Below are positions 10,716 to 19,900 of a stretch of DNA of 64,000 nucleotides, one piece after another. Position 1 is the first letter of the stretch; every line of letters starts with the position of its first letter. The DNA is from a virus, in IMG/VR virus record IMGVR_UViG_3300020048_003770, positions 32,001-96,000 of that record; one strand, given 5' to 3'. The position numbers were made by a program, and so were the translations under genes. The notes beneath the pieces are model-generated. The model saw only the letters and a program-made list of their open reading frames with translations, made no database searches and was not told the origin of the DNA.

Positions 10716-11429
10716 ATGGAATTAGAAATTTGTATACATTGTGTCGCTTACCAAAGACGGTTATGTTGGATGTTGAGTTCTATACTCCAACAAAAAGGAG
10801 ATTTGCCCAATATAGTTATCAATTTATCATACGCGAAAGACGAAGGTAATCCGAAAACCATAGATGTAATTGATTATTTCACTAATAAAGGATTGAATAT
10901 AATTCCTCTGGAGATGGAAGAAGAACCGGCGAAAAATAGAGCTATTGCGAGAAACATACAAACCAAAAACGCACACGCCGATTGGATTCTATTTGCCGAT
11001 TGCGATCATGTTTATGACCCGTATTTTTTCGAAGATATATATAGACAACTTTTAACCGACAAATTCAAGAACGAAACAAAAGTTATTGGAGCGGATAGAC
11101 ACTCTTTGGATATACCTTTTTGCGTTGATTATTTTGACAATGATACAAGAGTTTATCCATGTGAAATACCAGATGTTGCTAATTTAGTGTCTACTTGGCC
11201 GGTTATGTATGTCAATGGAAAGAAGATTGCTGCTGGTAATTTCCAATTGGCGAATGTAAAATCTATAAAAGAAAAAGGTGGCATTTATTCTGGGAGGCAA
11301 AGAGATGGCGGACGAAGATTTAAATCAGATAGACAATTTAGAAATCATATGGGCGGGAAAGTTCCAATGGATGTTAGACCGCAGTACCATTTAAACCACA
11401 ATAGAGACCTTATAGATATAAAACGATGA
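10716..11429 (+). CDS. GT2-family glycosyltransferase
   Basis: LSSILQQ, RAIARN, WILFADCDH, late YHLNH. Confidence 0.75.
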   Translation: MELEICIHCVAYQRRLCWMLSSILQQKGDLPNIVINLSYAKDEGNPKTIDVIDYFTNKGLNIIPLEMEEEPAKNRAIARNIQTKNAHADWILFADCDHVYDPYFFEDIYRQLLTDKFKNETKVIGADRHSLDIPFCVDYFDNDTRVYPCEIPDVANLVSTWPVMYVNGKKIAAGNFQLANVKSIKEKGGIYSGRQRDGGRRFKSDRQFRNHMGGKVPMDVRPQYHLNHNRDLIDIKR

Positions 11430-11497
11430 TTTTTTATTGTATAATATTCCTGTGATTAATCATATCGTTTGATTATATTTGAAAACAGGAGAAAAAA

Positions 11498-12568
11498 GTG
11501 AGAAGAAGAAGTTTGAATAAAGACGTAAATGATATAAAGAGATTTGATTCGGCAAGGGACAAGAATATGGGGATTTCAATATCTAATGAATTTTATCAAC
11601 AAGTCCCGATGTTCTTTACAAGAGAAAAATCCCCACTCAATCTAGTCGGACATTATAGAGGTGGTTCTATATTTATAATCGGCAATGGTCCTAGTCTAGC
11701 CAGTGGAAAATACGATCTCTCATTGCTAAAGAGACCCGGTGTAATGACCTATGGAATGAATAATGGGGCTAAAACCATCAGACCTAATTTCTGGTCGTGT
11801 GTCGATGATCCTAAAAGGTTCCTTAAATCAATATGGACAGACCCATGCATCACTAAATTCGTGCCTCACGCTCATGCAGAAAAAAGACTGTTCGATAATG
11901 AAAAATGGCAAGATATGGACTTGGTGGTTGGACAATGCCCTAACGTTATATATTTCCACCGTAATGAAAAATTTATGGCAAACAGATTCTTATTTGAAGA
12001 TACTATCAATTGGGGAAATAGCAAAGAGAATGGTGGTGGAAGATCCGTTATGCTACCTATTTTAAGAATTTGTTTTCTACTTGGATTCAGAAAAATTTAT
12101 TTGCTAGGTGTTGATTTTAAGATGAGTGCCGACTATACATACCATTTTGATGAACAAAGAGCTAATGGTGCGGTTAAAGGCAATATGAATACATATGACC
12201 GTTTAAACAATGAATATCTTCCTTCTTTAAAGCCTTATCTGGAAGCCGAAGGAGTTTCTGTTTTCAATTGTAATCCGGAAAGCCAACTTGATAAGTTTGA
12301 ATATGTGTCTTATGAACAAGCAATAAACGACGCTACTGCTTTATTGGGAGATGTTAAAAACGAAAGAACATGGGGATTGTATTCTAAGCCTGAAGAAAGA
12401 GTCAAGTGGAAGGACGAGCCTAGTGTTGAAGCTAAAACTCATTTGAACGCTATAAAGATAAATACGTCAGAAATTTCAACGTATGTTAATCCAGTTAGTT
12501 CTAATGAATGTTGCACCAATAACAATGCGTCCTTCAAACCAATAACTATTGAAGATGATGGAAATTAA
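11498..12568 (+). CDS. Maf/DUF115-like (sialyltransferase-fold) glycosyltransferase
   Basis: IFIIGNGPSL, GMNN, LGFRKIYLLGVDF, VFNCNPES. Confidence 0.7.
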   Translation: MRRRSLNKDVNDIKRFDSARDKNMGISISNEFYQQVPMFFTREKSPLNLVGHYRGGSIFIIGNGPSLASGKYDLSLLKRPGVMTYGMNNGAKTIRPNFWSCVDDPKRFLKSIWTDPCITKFVPHAHAEKRLFDNEKWQDMDLVVGQCPNVIYFHRNEKFMANRFLFEDTINWGNSKENGGGRSVMLPILRICFLLGFRKIYLLGVDFKMSADYTYHFDEQRANGAVKGNMNTYDRLNNEYLPSLKPYLEAEGVSVFNCNPESQLDKFEYVSYEQAINDATALLGDVKNERTWGLYSKPEERVKWKDEPSVEAKTHLNAIKINTSEISTYVNPVSSNECCTNNNASFKPITIEDDGN

Positions 12569-13485
12569 TGAAATATAAACTAAAAATAAATGGTCGTCAA
12601 ATTAATAAAAACGGCGGAATATTGGGTATGAGTTATCTTTTGACTTGCTTGAATGAAAGCCCGTTGTTTGAAATTGAATATCATCGAGAGTTTATTGATT
12701 CCAACAGAGGGAATGCAGGCTCCGTAATATACTTTGAAGATAAGAAAATATATTTGGATTTATGGGAATATGCGACTCCATCTCATACCGATATAGTATA
12801 TAACTCCAATTTCGATCTAATAATTAAAGCTCAACACAAAAAAATGTCACTTCAGGCGTATAGTCGATATTGTGACCGTAAAAAATTAATGTCAATAGAC
12901 CCAAGTTTAAGAGGACAGTGGCTTGAAAAATTTGTTCCTTGGACTTTTTTCCCAAGCAAAATGATGGATAGACTTAATGTTGAACGAATAATGACAGAAC
13001 CAAATAAATATCCTATTGAAAGAGATTGTTTTTTTTGCGGAAGGCATTGGAAAGGAAGACTTAAAATAATTGATTCGTTAAAAAAACAGGGGATAGAGTG
13101 TGAAGCAAGCGATCAATCAGGGGAGGTAGGCTTTAAAATTAGCGATGAGGAATTTCTCCATAAAATGCAAACAAGTCGATATGGACTCGTATTGGCAGGA
13201 AGAGCAACCCCGATAACCGATCCTAAGAACAGAAGAGAGATTGATTATCTTATGTTAGGGAAGCCATTACTAATAAATTACAAACCATTTTATTACAACG
13301 AATTTGAAGCGGGGAAGCATTATATATACATAGATGAAAATACTGATATAAAATCATTGGATAAAATGTATAATATAGATGAGATAGCAAAGAATGGGTA
13401 TGAATGGTATTTGCAAAACGCAACGCCAGAAGCAATCCCAAAAACGTTTGTTCAAATAATGCAAGAAAAACTAATAAAGGAGTAA
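12568..13485 (+). CDS. GT-B glycosyltransferase (CgeB/exostosin-like C-terminal domain)
   Basis: FFCG, SRYGLVLAG, RREIDYLMLG, FEAGKHYI, IAKNGYEWY. Confidence 0.65.
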   Translation: MKYKLKINGRQINKNGGILGMSYLLTCLNESPLFEIEYHREFIDSNRGNAGSVIYFEDKKIYLDLWEYATPSHTDIVYNSNFDLIIKAQHKKMSLQAYSRYCDRKKLMSIDPSLRGQWLEKFVPWTFFPSKMMDRLNVERIMTEPNKYPIERDCFFCGRHWKGRLKIIDSLKKQGIECEASDQSGEVGFKISDEEFLHKMQTSRYGLVLAGRATPITDPKNRREIDYLMLGKPLLINYKPFYYNEFEAGKHYIYIDENTDIKSLDKMYNIDEIAKNGYEWYLQNATPEAIPKTFVQIMQEKLIKE

Positions 13486-13488
13486 GCT

Positions 13489-13758
13489 ATGAATGAATTA
13501 AAAGAGTGCCAATGTAATTGTAATGAAAACCCATGTTCATGCGATTCTCGCGATCCAGAATACCTTGAACTCCAAAACAAGTATTTAAGAAATTCAGAAG
13601 ATGAAAGAAAAATTCGCAATAAAACAAATCGAATTGAACAGGCAAGATCGAATTTATATGCTTTGTTGGGATTTGTCGGCATTAATGTTGCGTCGGAAAT
13701 GGTTATTGAGTCTATTGAAAAAAACATTAAAATTATGGACGAGGTTGAAAAACTATGA
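13489..13758 (+). CDS. hypothetical protein
   Basis: AAGGAG RBS; Cys-rich N-terminus. Confidence 0.55.
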   Translation: MNELKECQCNCNENPCSCDSRDPEYLELQNKYLRNSEDERKIRNKTNRIEQARSNLYALLGFVGINVASEMVIESIEKNIKIMDEVEKL

Positions 13759-13791
13759 GACCATCCGACATATACAGCCAGCAAATATTGT

Positions 13792-14037
13792 TTGAAGAGT
13801 GTAATGAGCGCCAAAATGGAGATAGATAACGCCCCGGCTGACCGGGCGGCGGTAGCCGATACGGTCAAGCCGGTTGTTCGCCGGGACTGGTATCCATCTG
13901 GAACGATGGAACAAGCCTTGTCGCTTGAAGATCCCCCCGAGTTCCACGAAGGCGATACGGCGAACTGGATATGTCCCGCAACACCAGAAGCAATCCCAAA
14001 AAAGTTTGTTCAAATAATGCAAGAAAAACTAACATAG
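13792..14037 (+). CDS. chimeric ORF: GC-rich foreign segment fused to the duplicated GT C-terminus
   Basis: ends ATPEAIPKKFVQIMQEKLT, nearly identical to the C-terminus of 12568..13485. Confidence 0.4.
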   Translation: MKSVMSAKMEIDNAPADRAAVADTVKPVVRRDWYPSGTMEQALSLEDPPEFHEGDTANWICPATPEAIPKKFVQIMQEKLT

Positions 14038-14046
14038 GAGATAAAA

Positions 14047-14519
14047 ATGATTATTAAATTCATTCCAGAAACAGCATCGGAAAAGAAAGATTTTGAAAAT
14101 AGAGGTATTGACGATGTCACTCATTATGGCGTTAAAGAGTACATGATATTCGGAAATAAAATGGACGATGACGGTGGAATTGAGGACTTCCATGAATGGC
14201 ATGGGGGCATGGGGCTTATAAATTTTTGTTGGGAAGTCTTAAGTGTTTTTATGAAGTAATTAATGATAATCGTCGCGGACAACAAAACTCATCTCCCCTT
14301 CGAGTAGTTGATAACAAAACGGCAAAAAGTAAAGTTGCTCCTAATATGACGCCTATGATTAAACGTGGTGAGATAGCTCCTAATATTACTCCTCTTAATA
14401 TTGTTGATTTTGCTGGAGCTAAAGCAGAGAATGATGATGGCGATGAAGGTGTCCTCTCGCACCAGCCGCTAACACTTGCCGACTTTGCCGAACGAGATAT
14501 TAACGACGAAACTTGTTGA
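14047..14519 (+). pseudogene. hypothetical gene split by an 8-bp tandem duplication
   Basis: gcatgggg twice at 14199-14214; removing one copy fuses 14047..14259 with 14196..14519 (..HEWHGAYKFLLGS..). Confidence 0.7.
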
Positions 14520-14609
14520 AAAATAGTTCTTGATTTTTAAAATATTTCTGTTACAATTGGAAAATAAATAAAGGAATATTTAACAGAAATATAGAAACTA
14601 GATTGGAAC

Positions 14610-14702
14610 ATGAATATGAACAAGCAAATAATAGGTATAGGAATAGCGGGAGCCTGCGGCGGAGCTGCAAGGCTACGGACTTTCTATGTCTGTTTATGCT
14701 AA
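14610..14702 (+). CDS. attenuator leader peptide MNMNKQIIGIGIAGACGGAARLRTFYVCLC
   Basis: short ORF after promoter motifs; its 3' part overlaps the antiterminator strand; codons 7-20 are 13/14 Ile/Gly/Ala. Confidence 0.7.
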   Translation: MNMNKQIIGIGIAGACGGAARLRTFYVCLC

Positions 14703-14765
14703 ATGATATAACAGATTAAAAAATAGAGAGTCCGATAAACTAATGGTTTGTCGGACTTTTGCTTT
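14676..14765 (+). promoter_or_regulatory. transcription attenuator 1 (antiterminator/terminator)
   Basis: cggactttcta(14676) pairs tagagagtccg(14724), and tctgtt pairs aacaga; mutually exclusive with terminator agagtccgataaac/gtttgtcggactttt plus T-rich tail. Confidence 0.75.
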
Positions 14766-14970
14766 ATAAGGAGAAAATGGGTAGGAAAAAGAGTCAAAAA
14801 AGGAAAAACACGAATGTCGTAAAGAACGAAATGGTTTTTCTTAGGTGCTTTGAATTGCTGGGAGCATAAACGGTTCTGTCTTCTCTAAAACAAAGGCGGA
14901 ACCGAATGAAACAGGAAGGAAACAATTTTATGAATATCAAACGCAAGGACTGTATAAATGTGAAAGATGG

Positions 14971-15213
14971 ATGTCTGGTAAACTCGATCCGTACTTTTTT
15001 GTTCTTAAACATGGTAAACATCAATTTGATTTAATAACTAGCGAATATGAGCAGAGATACGAAAACGGTTTGGATTGGGATGGATTATATCAGCTATGGA
15101 TGGATTGGAAAGGAGATAGATGGTTGTTGAGGCACGTTTTGAAATGGATGAAAAATTTGCCAGATTGGATAGATAAGGAAAGTGAAGAAATAGATTTGAA
15201 TATGGGGGCGTAG
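14971..15213 (+). CDS. hypothetical protein
   Basis: ORF track; its stop lies inside the tRNA-Ala 5' end. Confidence 0.45.
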   Translation: MSGKLDPYFFVLKHGKHQFDLITSEYEQRYENGLDWDGLYQLWMDWKGDRWLLRHVLKWMKNLPDWIDKESEEIDLNMGA

Positions 15214-15277
15214 CTTAGTTGGCTAAAGCGTCTGATTTGCATTCAGAAGATCGTCGGTTCGACCCCGGTCGCCTCCA
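15204..15277 (+). tRNA. tRNA-Ala(UGC), CCA not encoded
   Basis: acceptor gggggcg/cgcctcc with G3:U70; anticodon arm tctga-tttgcat-tcaga; T-loop ttcgacc. Confidence 0.9.
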
Positions 15278-15371
15278 AGTTGACAAGCAGATTACTTCCA
15301 CGTAGTGTCAACTGGTAACTAAGAAATTAGGCTAAAATCTGCAAGTAACAAAAGAGAATAGAAAGGATAAT

Positions 15372-15620
15372 ATGAAGAAAGTTAATACATGTTTAACGGT
15401 ATATGATATGTTGGGACAGGCGTTGAACCATGAATGCAGCGGATCTAAAAGGTTTTCGCCTGATAATACCAAAGAGGATGTCGGAATAAAATGTCTGGAA
15501 TGTGACGACTCATTCAAGATATCCATTCGTAGACTGCGTAATACTATGAGAGATCCAAGATTGACTGAATTAGTTAAACAATATAAATACATGGATTTGT
15601 TGAAGAAGTTTGTTATTTAA
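15372..15620 (+). CDS. small zinc-ribbon-like protein
   Basis: HECSG..CLECD; AAGGA RBS. Confidence 0.55.
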   Translation: MKKVNTCLTVYDMLGQALNHECSGSKRFSPDNTKEDVGIKCLECDDSFKISIRRLRNTMRDPRLTELVKQYKYMDLLKKFVI

Positions 15621-15626
15621 AAATAT

Positions 15627-15701
15627 GCATCTTAGGTGTTTATGGACACACGCTAGGCTTCCAACCTTGAGTAATGGGATCGTTACCCATAAGATGCTCC
15701 A
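15627..15701 (+). tRNA. tRNA-Gly(UCC)
   Basis: acceptor gcatctt/aagatgc, U73-CCA; anticodon loop cttccaa. Confidence 0.85.
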
Positions 15702-15720
15702 ATTTTAAATTAAGGATATT

Positions 15721-15963
15721 ATGTTTAAATCATATAAGATCTTAAAAGAATGCAAATTAGAAGAGTCTAATTTGATTCAAATGTTGCGTGAAAATAAAGA
15801 AGGATTGACTATAGATAGGATTATGTTAATGGGTTTTGACAAATGGAACTCGCTTAACAAATTATTGGCTATGCAGAAGGTTAAAGGGATTAAACAAAAA
15901 AATGATCCTTTTGTTAAAGAGACTGTTATCGTTTCATGCGGGAGTAACTCACCAATCTTATGA
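15721..15963 (+). CDS. hypothetical protein
   Basis: ORF with AAGGA RBS; runs into the following tRNA-like gene. Confidence 0.5.
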   Translation: MFKSYKILKECKLEESNLIQMLRENKEGLTIDRIMLMGFDKWNSLNKLLAMQKVKGIKQKNDPFVKETVIVSCGSNSPIL

Positions 15964-16022
15964 ATTGGGCAGTATAATTAGAGTAATGGTGCATGTTGGT
16001 TCAAGTCCAATCTCCCGTACCA
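15938..16022 (+). tRNA. atypical tRNA-Ile(UAU)-like RNA (D-arm truncated, long variable region)
   Basis: acceptor gcgggag/ctcccgt plus ACCA; perfect anticodon arm ccaat-cttatga-attgg; T-arm ttgg-ttcaagt-ccaa. Confidence 0.6.
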
Positions 16023-16094
16023 ATTTTATTCAGAAATTCTATTTGTATTTTGTATAATAGAAATGTTGAAATAAAACATAAATTGGAGGTAATA

Positions 16095-16970
16095 ATGAAT
16101 GCAGATAGAACCGTTGAAGCGTTAAAGACTATATTGGATGGTAAAACGCCTGAAGAAATAGACGCTGTTGTCCGTGATTTGAAAGAAACATTAGATCAAG
16201 CTGCGGCAGATATAAAGGGAGAAATGGATATCGATTCTACTGCTGTAGTTAGTGATTTGAAAGATGAAATTAATCAATTAAGCACTATTGAATCTGCTAA
16301 AAACTTCTCTGTTCCTGATTGCGTTATTCCTTCAGAGTCGGATGTCAAAATTAAATCGTGCAATAGAGAGACCGATATGGCTTCCGTAGAAAAACGGTTT
16401 AAGTCTGTTGTAACTTTGGATTCCTCTTTTGTATGCGCTCCAGAGGGTTTGTTTGGAGATAAGTTGGAGTTTACTTGCGCTCCTATCGGAACGAGTTCTT
16501 GCAACAAAGGTGGAGACGCTTTTGAAAATTTAGAAGTTACTGAGTTAAATGAAGAGTTGTTGAGTAAAATTGAACGGGAAAGTTCGAGTGATGAAATACA
16601 ATTATTTACAGAACCGATTCAGCCTTTTGCAACTAGATTATTCAATAAAAAATTATCCAAAGTAGAATCTGAAATATATTCTAAATATAACGTTAAAAAG
16701 AATTTGAAAAAGATAAAAACAAAAGAAAAAATAAACGATATATTAAGGAAATTCCATTTATCTAGACTTTTTTCTTTTTCTACAGATTCTATTGACAAGC
16801 ATGAAAAACCGATTTACGATGCAATACAGGAAGTTATGTTGAAAGTAAACCACTTAGACGATGATTCAATTAATGAAAGATATGAGTTAGTCGCTTCTAA
16901 AATAGACAGTTGTAGACAAGCTGCTATAAGTAATAGAGAAGAACCCATTCTATATGCTCATCCATTATAA
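16095..16970 (+). CDS. hypothetical acidic/coiled-coil protein
   Basis: GGAGG RBS before MNADR. Confidence 0.6.
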   Translation: MNADRTVEALKTILDGKTPEEIDAVVRDLKETLDQAAADIKGEMDIDSTAVVSDLKDEINQLSTIESAKNFSVPDCVIPSESDVKIKSCNRETDMASVEKRFKSVVTLDSSFVCAPEGLFGDKLEFTCAPIGTSSCNKGGDAFENLEVTELNEELLSKIERESSSDEIQLFTEPIQPFATRLFNKKLSKVESEIYSKYNVKKNLKKIKTKEKINDILRKFHLSRLFSFSTDSIDKHEKPIYDAIQEVMLKVNHLDDDSINERYELVASKIDSCRQAAISNREEPILYAHPL

Positions 16971-16973
16971 ATC

Positions 16974-17324
16974 ATGAGAGAACCTTGTTTAGATTGTACG
17001 ATTAAGCATTTGGGACAGGCATACGCTTTACATGGAGAACTTAAGCAAGGATATCCGAAACATCTTTTGGGCGTTATTGGACATTTGGCGGAAGCTTCAG
17101 AAGAATGCATGTCTATGTCAAAAGAATTAGCTGATAAAATACGCCAATATAGATTATTACTATTAGAAAATGCAGTAGATATTGTGTTTAATGAAAAAGA
17201 TATTGATATTCCATATTTTGATTTATTCATGGAAGTCATGCAAATGAAAAAAGAGATCGGTTGCGGCAATTGTTCGAAAGCTTCGGATGATTTCAAAGAG
17301 AGATTGAAAAATAAATTAAAATAG
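16974..17324 (+). CDS. hypothetical Cys/His metal-binding protein
   Basis: PCLDCTIKHLGQA..GY..H..GHLAEA. Confidence 0.6.
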   Translation: MREPCLDCTIKHLGQAYALHGELKQGYPKHLLGVIGHLAEASEECMSMSKELADKIRQYRLLLLENAVDIVFNEKDIDIPYFDLFMEVMQMKKEIGCGNCSKASDDFKERLKNKLK

Positions 17325-17397
17325 TTCTTGATTTTTAAATTCTATATTGTATAGTCTAAATATCGTTTAAGAAAAAACAAAGAAATGGAGGTACATT

Positions 17398-17676
17398 ATG
17401 GCAGATGAAATGAATCAGTTGGATATTAATGAAGTTCGTAGAAATGAAGTTATTGTTACATTGGATGGACGTGATATTGCAACGCCTATGGGTTCTCTTG
17501 GGGTATCTATGGAATCAACTCCTAGAGAAATTCTAGATGCTGTTGGCGGTATTATCGAGGAAGCGGAAGGAACTCGCGACGGCTATCAGGATGCTTATGG
17601 CGATTTTACTTACACCGTTCGCAAGGCAATGAATTCAAATACTATTTATGTATATCCTAAGCCTGTTGCTGGATGA
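17398..17676 (+). CDS. ubiquitin-like (beta-grasp) protein with C-terminal Gly
   Basis: 92 aa, ends IYVYPKPVAG-stop (ThiS/MoaD-like terminal strand); first gene of the operon with the JAB protein, ThiF nearby. Confidence 0.65.
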   Translation: MADEMNQLDINEVRRNEVIVTLDGRDIATPMGSLGVSMESTPREILDAVGGIIEEAEGTRDGYQDAYGDFTYTVRKAMNSNTIYVYPKPVAG

Positions 17677-17719
17677 TTAAATAATTGTATTAAACTAAAA
17701 TAAAGAAAGAAGGCAAACT

Positions 17720-19321
17720 ATGGAAGCACAAACTATGAATGTTGACGCACTGAATGAATATTCTGATGAAAAGAGATTGAGTATCTACAAAATGCTTTCT
17801 GCGGCATGTACCCATTTATATTCAAAGGGTAAGTTGCAGGAAGATAAGTTTATTAAGGTATCGGAAGTGTTTGCTGATTTGGCAGTTAATGATCCTGTTT
17901 TCATGGCTCATTTGACTGCTTATTTGAGCAAGAAAGAATCTAAGGATTTGAAGGTTCTTTCTGTATTCTTCAATTCTTTGAATGATGCGAATGGAACTCC
18001 TTTCTTCAAGGGAGCAAAACAGTGCAAGCCTAACTATAGAGATGTTAGTTATTCCGTATTGCAGCAGTTTGATCCGCATTTGGCGTTGAGAGTATTGACG
18101 CTTGCGCATAAGAAGTTTGGAGTTAAGGGGGTATTGAATGAGGCTAGGCATTTCCCAACTGGATTAAAGACTGCTTTCCGTAAGTATATTGGATATCGTG
18201 AGTCTAATATTGAGTCTTTGCGTGGAATGAAGAAGAGTGGTTTGACAAAGAAGATGCAGCAGATTTATCGTTTGACTCATACAAAGCCTAGTGATAGTGC
18301 CGTTGCTATTCTTCGTTGGAGTCAGAAGGACGGTAGAGATGTACAGATGGAGAATTTGCCAGACTTTGCTAATATGACTTCTAGTGAAATCGCAAGCAAG
18401 TTGGGTGAGATTAAGCTTTCTCCAACGGTTGCTTTGTCAGTTATCCCACAGGAAAAGATTACAGCTAAAGTTGCGGAAGCTCTGTTGAAGGGATGTACCG
18501 GTAATCAGTCTATCATTCTTTATAATTGGTTTGCAAGTAATGGGTTCTTGGACGTTAAGAGCATTAAGTCTCTTTTCAAGGATAAGGTTTCAACTTCCAC
18601 TACCGCTGTGGATAGAATTGATACATTGACTAAGAATGCAGACGAAGAAGACAAGCAGGAAATGGCTGAAATTCGTTCGACTGTTAGAAAGAGAGCGGCA
18701 AAAACATCTGAACTTGGCAAGATTTATGTTCATATTGATGCAAGTGGTTCTATGCAAAACGCAATTCAGTTTGCTATGGATAATGCATCGACTATTGCAG
18801 AATGTGTAACTGAACCATCAAAGAACTTCGGTTGGGGTCTTTTTGCAAATCATGGACGGAAATTGCCAATCCCTACTAATTTTAAGAAGGAAGATTTCTA
18901 CAAGATCCTATATGGTGCTAAGGCGGGTGGTTCAACTGATTGTATTGCTCTATATGAAGATGCTAGGAAGATGGGGGCGGAAGTTGATATTTATATTACT
19001 GATCAAGGTCATAATGTTGGTACGATTTCCAAGAGGATTCTAGATTTTCATGCTAGTCATCCACAGTTTAGTAAGCCAAAAGCTGCTGTTATTATCGATT
19101 TCAGTGGCAATAGGAATGCTCAAATTGTAAATCAGTTGGAAGATGGATTGAAAAAGGCTGGAATTCCAGTTTCAATCATGTATCCTGAAGCTCTTAAGGA
19201 GTCAGCATTAATCTCTCAGAGTGTTGCAACTGCTATTAAGGGCGAATTGACGGTTATTGAAGAAATCTTGGAAACTCCATTGCCATCGCTTCCAAAGTGG
19301 TGGGACAAAGTTAACAAGTAG
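17720..19321 (+). CDS. Ro60/TROVE-like helical domain plus C-terminal vWA domain protein
   Basis: helical N-terminus (DPVFMAHLTAY, LYRLTH-like), MIDAS IDASGSM, GGSTD, IYITDQG; 533 aa as in Ro60/Rsr. Confidence 0.75.
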   Translation: MEAQTMNVDALNEYSDEKRLSIYKMLSAACTHLYSKGKLQEDKFIKVSEVFADLAVNDPVFMAHLTAYLSKKESKDLKVLSVFFNSLNDANGTPFFKGAKQCKPNYRDVSYSVLQQFDPHLALRVLTLAHKKFGVKGVLNEARHFPTGLKTAFRKYIGYRESNIESLRGMKKSGLTKKMQQIYRLTHTKPSDSAVAILRWSQKDGRDVQMENLPDFANMTSSEIASKLGEIKLSPTVALSVIPQEKITAKVAEALLKGCTGNQSIILYNWFASNGFLDVKSIKSLFKDKVSTSTTAVDRIDTLTKNADEEDKQEMAEIRSTVRKRAAKTSELGKIYVHIDASGSMQNAIQFAMDNASTIAECVTEPSKNFGWGLFANHGRKLPIPTNFKKEDFYKILYGAKAGGSTDCIALYEDARKMGAEVDIYITDQGHNVGTISKRILDFHASHPQFSKPKAAVIIDFSGNRNAQIVNQLEDGLKKAGIPVSIMYPEALKESALISQSVATAIKGELTVIEEILETPLPSLPKWWDKVNK

Positions 19322-19333
19322 AAAGTAATAATC

Positions 19334-19900
19334 GTGAATATAATTGATGCTCAAATATGTTATGCGGATACCTCTCTTGGATTTTTGAGAGAGGTATCTT
19401 GCTTTATAACTCCAGAACACGGACTTCTATCTTTGACAACAAATGATAGTGGTGGTTCAGTTGATTTCGGATGGGATAAGATATGGGATACATTACGTTC
19501 TAGTAAAATTAAATCTAGTTGTGTAATAATGATCCATTCACATCCAAATGGAATGCCTACGATGTCTTCAATTGATTTTAATATGGTACAGGGGTGGAGA
19601 TTAGCTTTGGGAGTGCCTATTTATTTCAATATTGTTACGCAAGGTCATGGATGGTTTAGAGGTTGGAATGGCGGATGGAGCTTGGGGAGAGTTTCATCTT
19701 GTAAAGTTGATCGTGATGAAAACAAAAAGATAGTTGTAAATAGTGAAATTTTCCATGAGGTTGAATATTTAAATCGCAGTTATAGAATTTTGTATGAAAT
19801 AATTTATGGACTGTCTAAGTATCCTTTTTTACGTGAAAGTGGTATATTAGAAATTGAAAATTATATCAAGGATTCTTCAATGATGGAGTTTGAATTATGA
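19334..19900 (+). CDS. JAB/MPN+ (JAMM) isopeptidase
   Basis: N-terminal Glu (REVSCF) and HSHPNGMPTMSSID, i.e. HxHx7Sx2D. Confidence 0.8.
   Translation: MNIIDAQICYADTSLGFLREVSCFITPEHGLLSLTTNDSGGSVDFGWDKIWDTLRSSKIKSSCVIMIHSHPNGMPTMSSIDFNMVQGWRLALGVPIYFNIVTQGHGWFRGWNGGWSLGRVSSCKVDRDENKKIVVNSEIFHEVEYLNRSYRILYEIIYGLSKYPFLRESGILEIENYIKDSSMMEFEL

Larger units (their letters stand above)
13420..14040 (+). repeat. 63-bp direct repeat pair (13420-13482 and 13978-14040) covering a gene 3' end plus RBS
   Basis: gcaacgccagaagcaatcccaaaaacgtttgttcaaataatgcaagaaaaactaataaaggag vs gcaacaccagaagcaatcccaaaaaagtttgttcaaataatgcaagaaaaactaacataggag, 4 mismatches. Confidence 0.9.

Noticed and set aside
15296-15320. 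tRNA 5'-like fragment ttccacgtagtgtcaactggtaac
   Set aside because: No anticodon arm, T-arm or 3' acceptor strand; at most a remnant.
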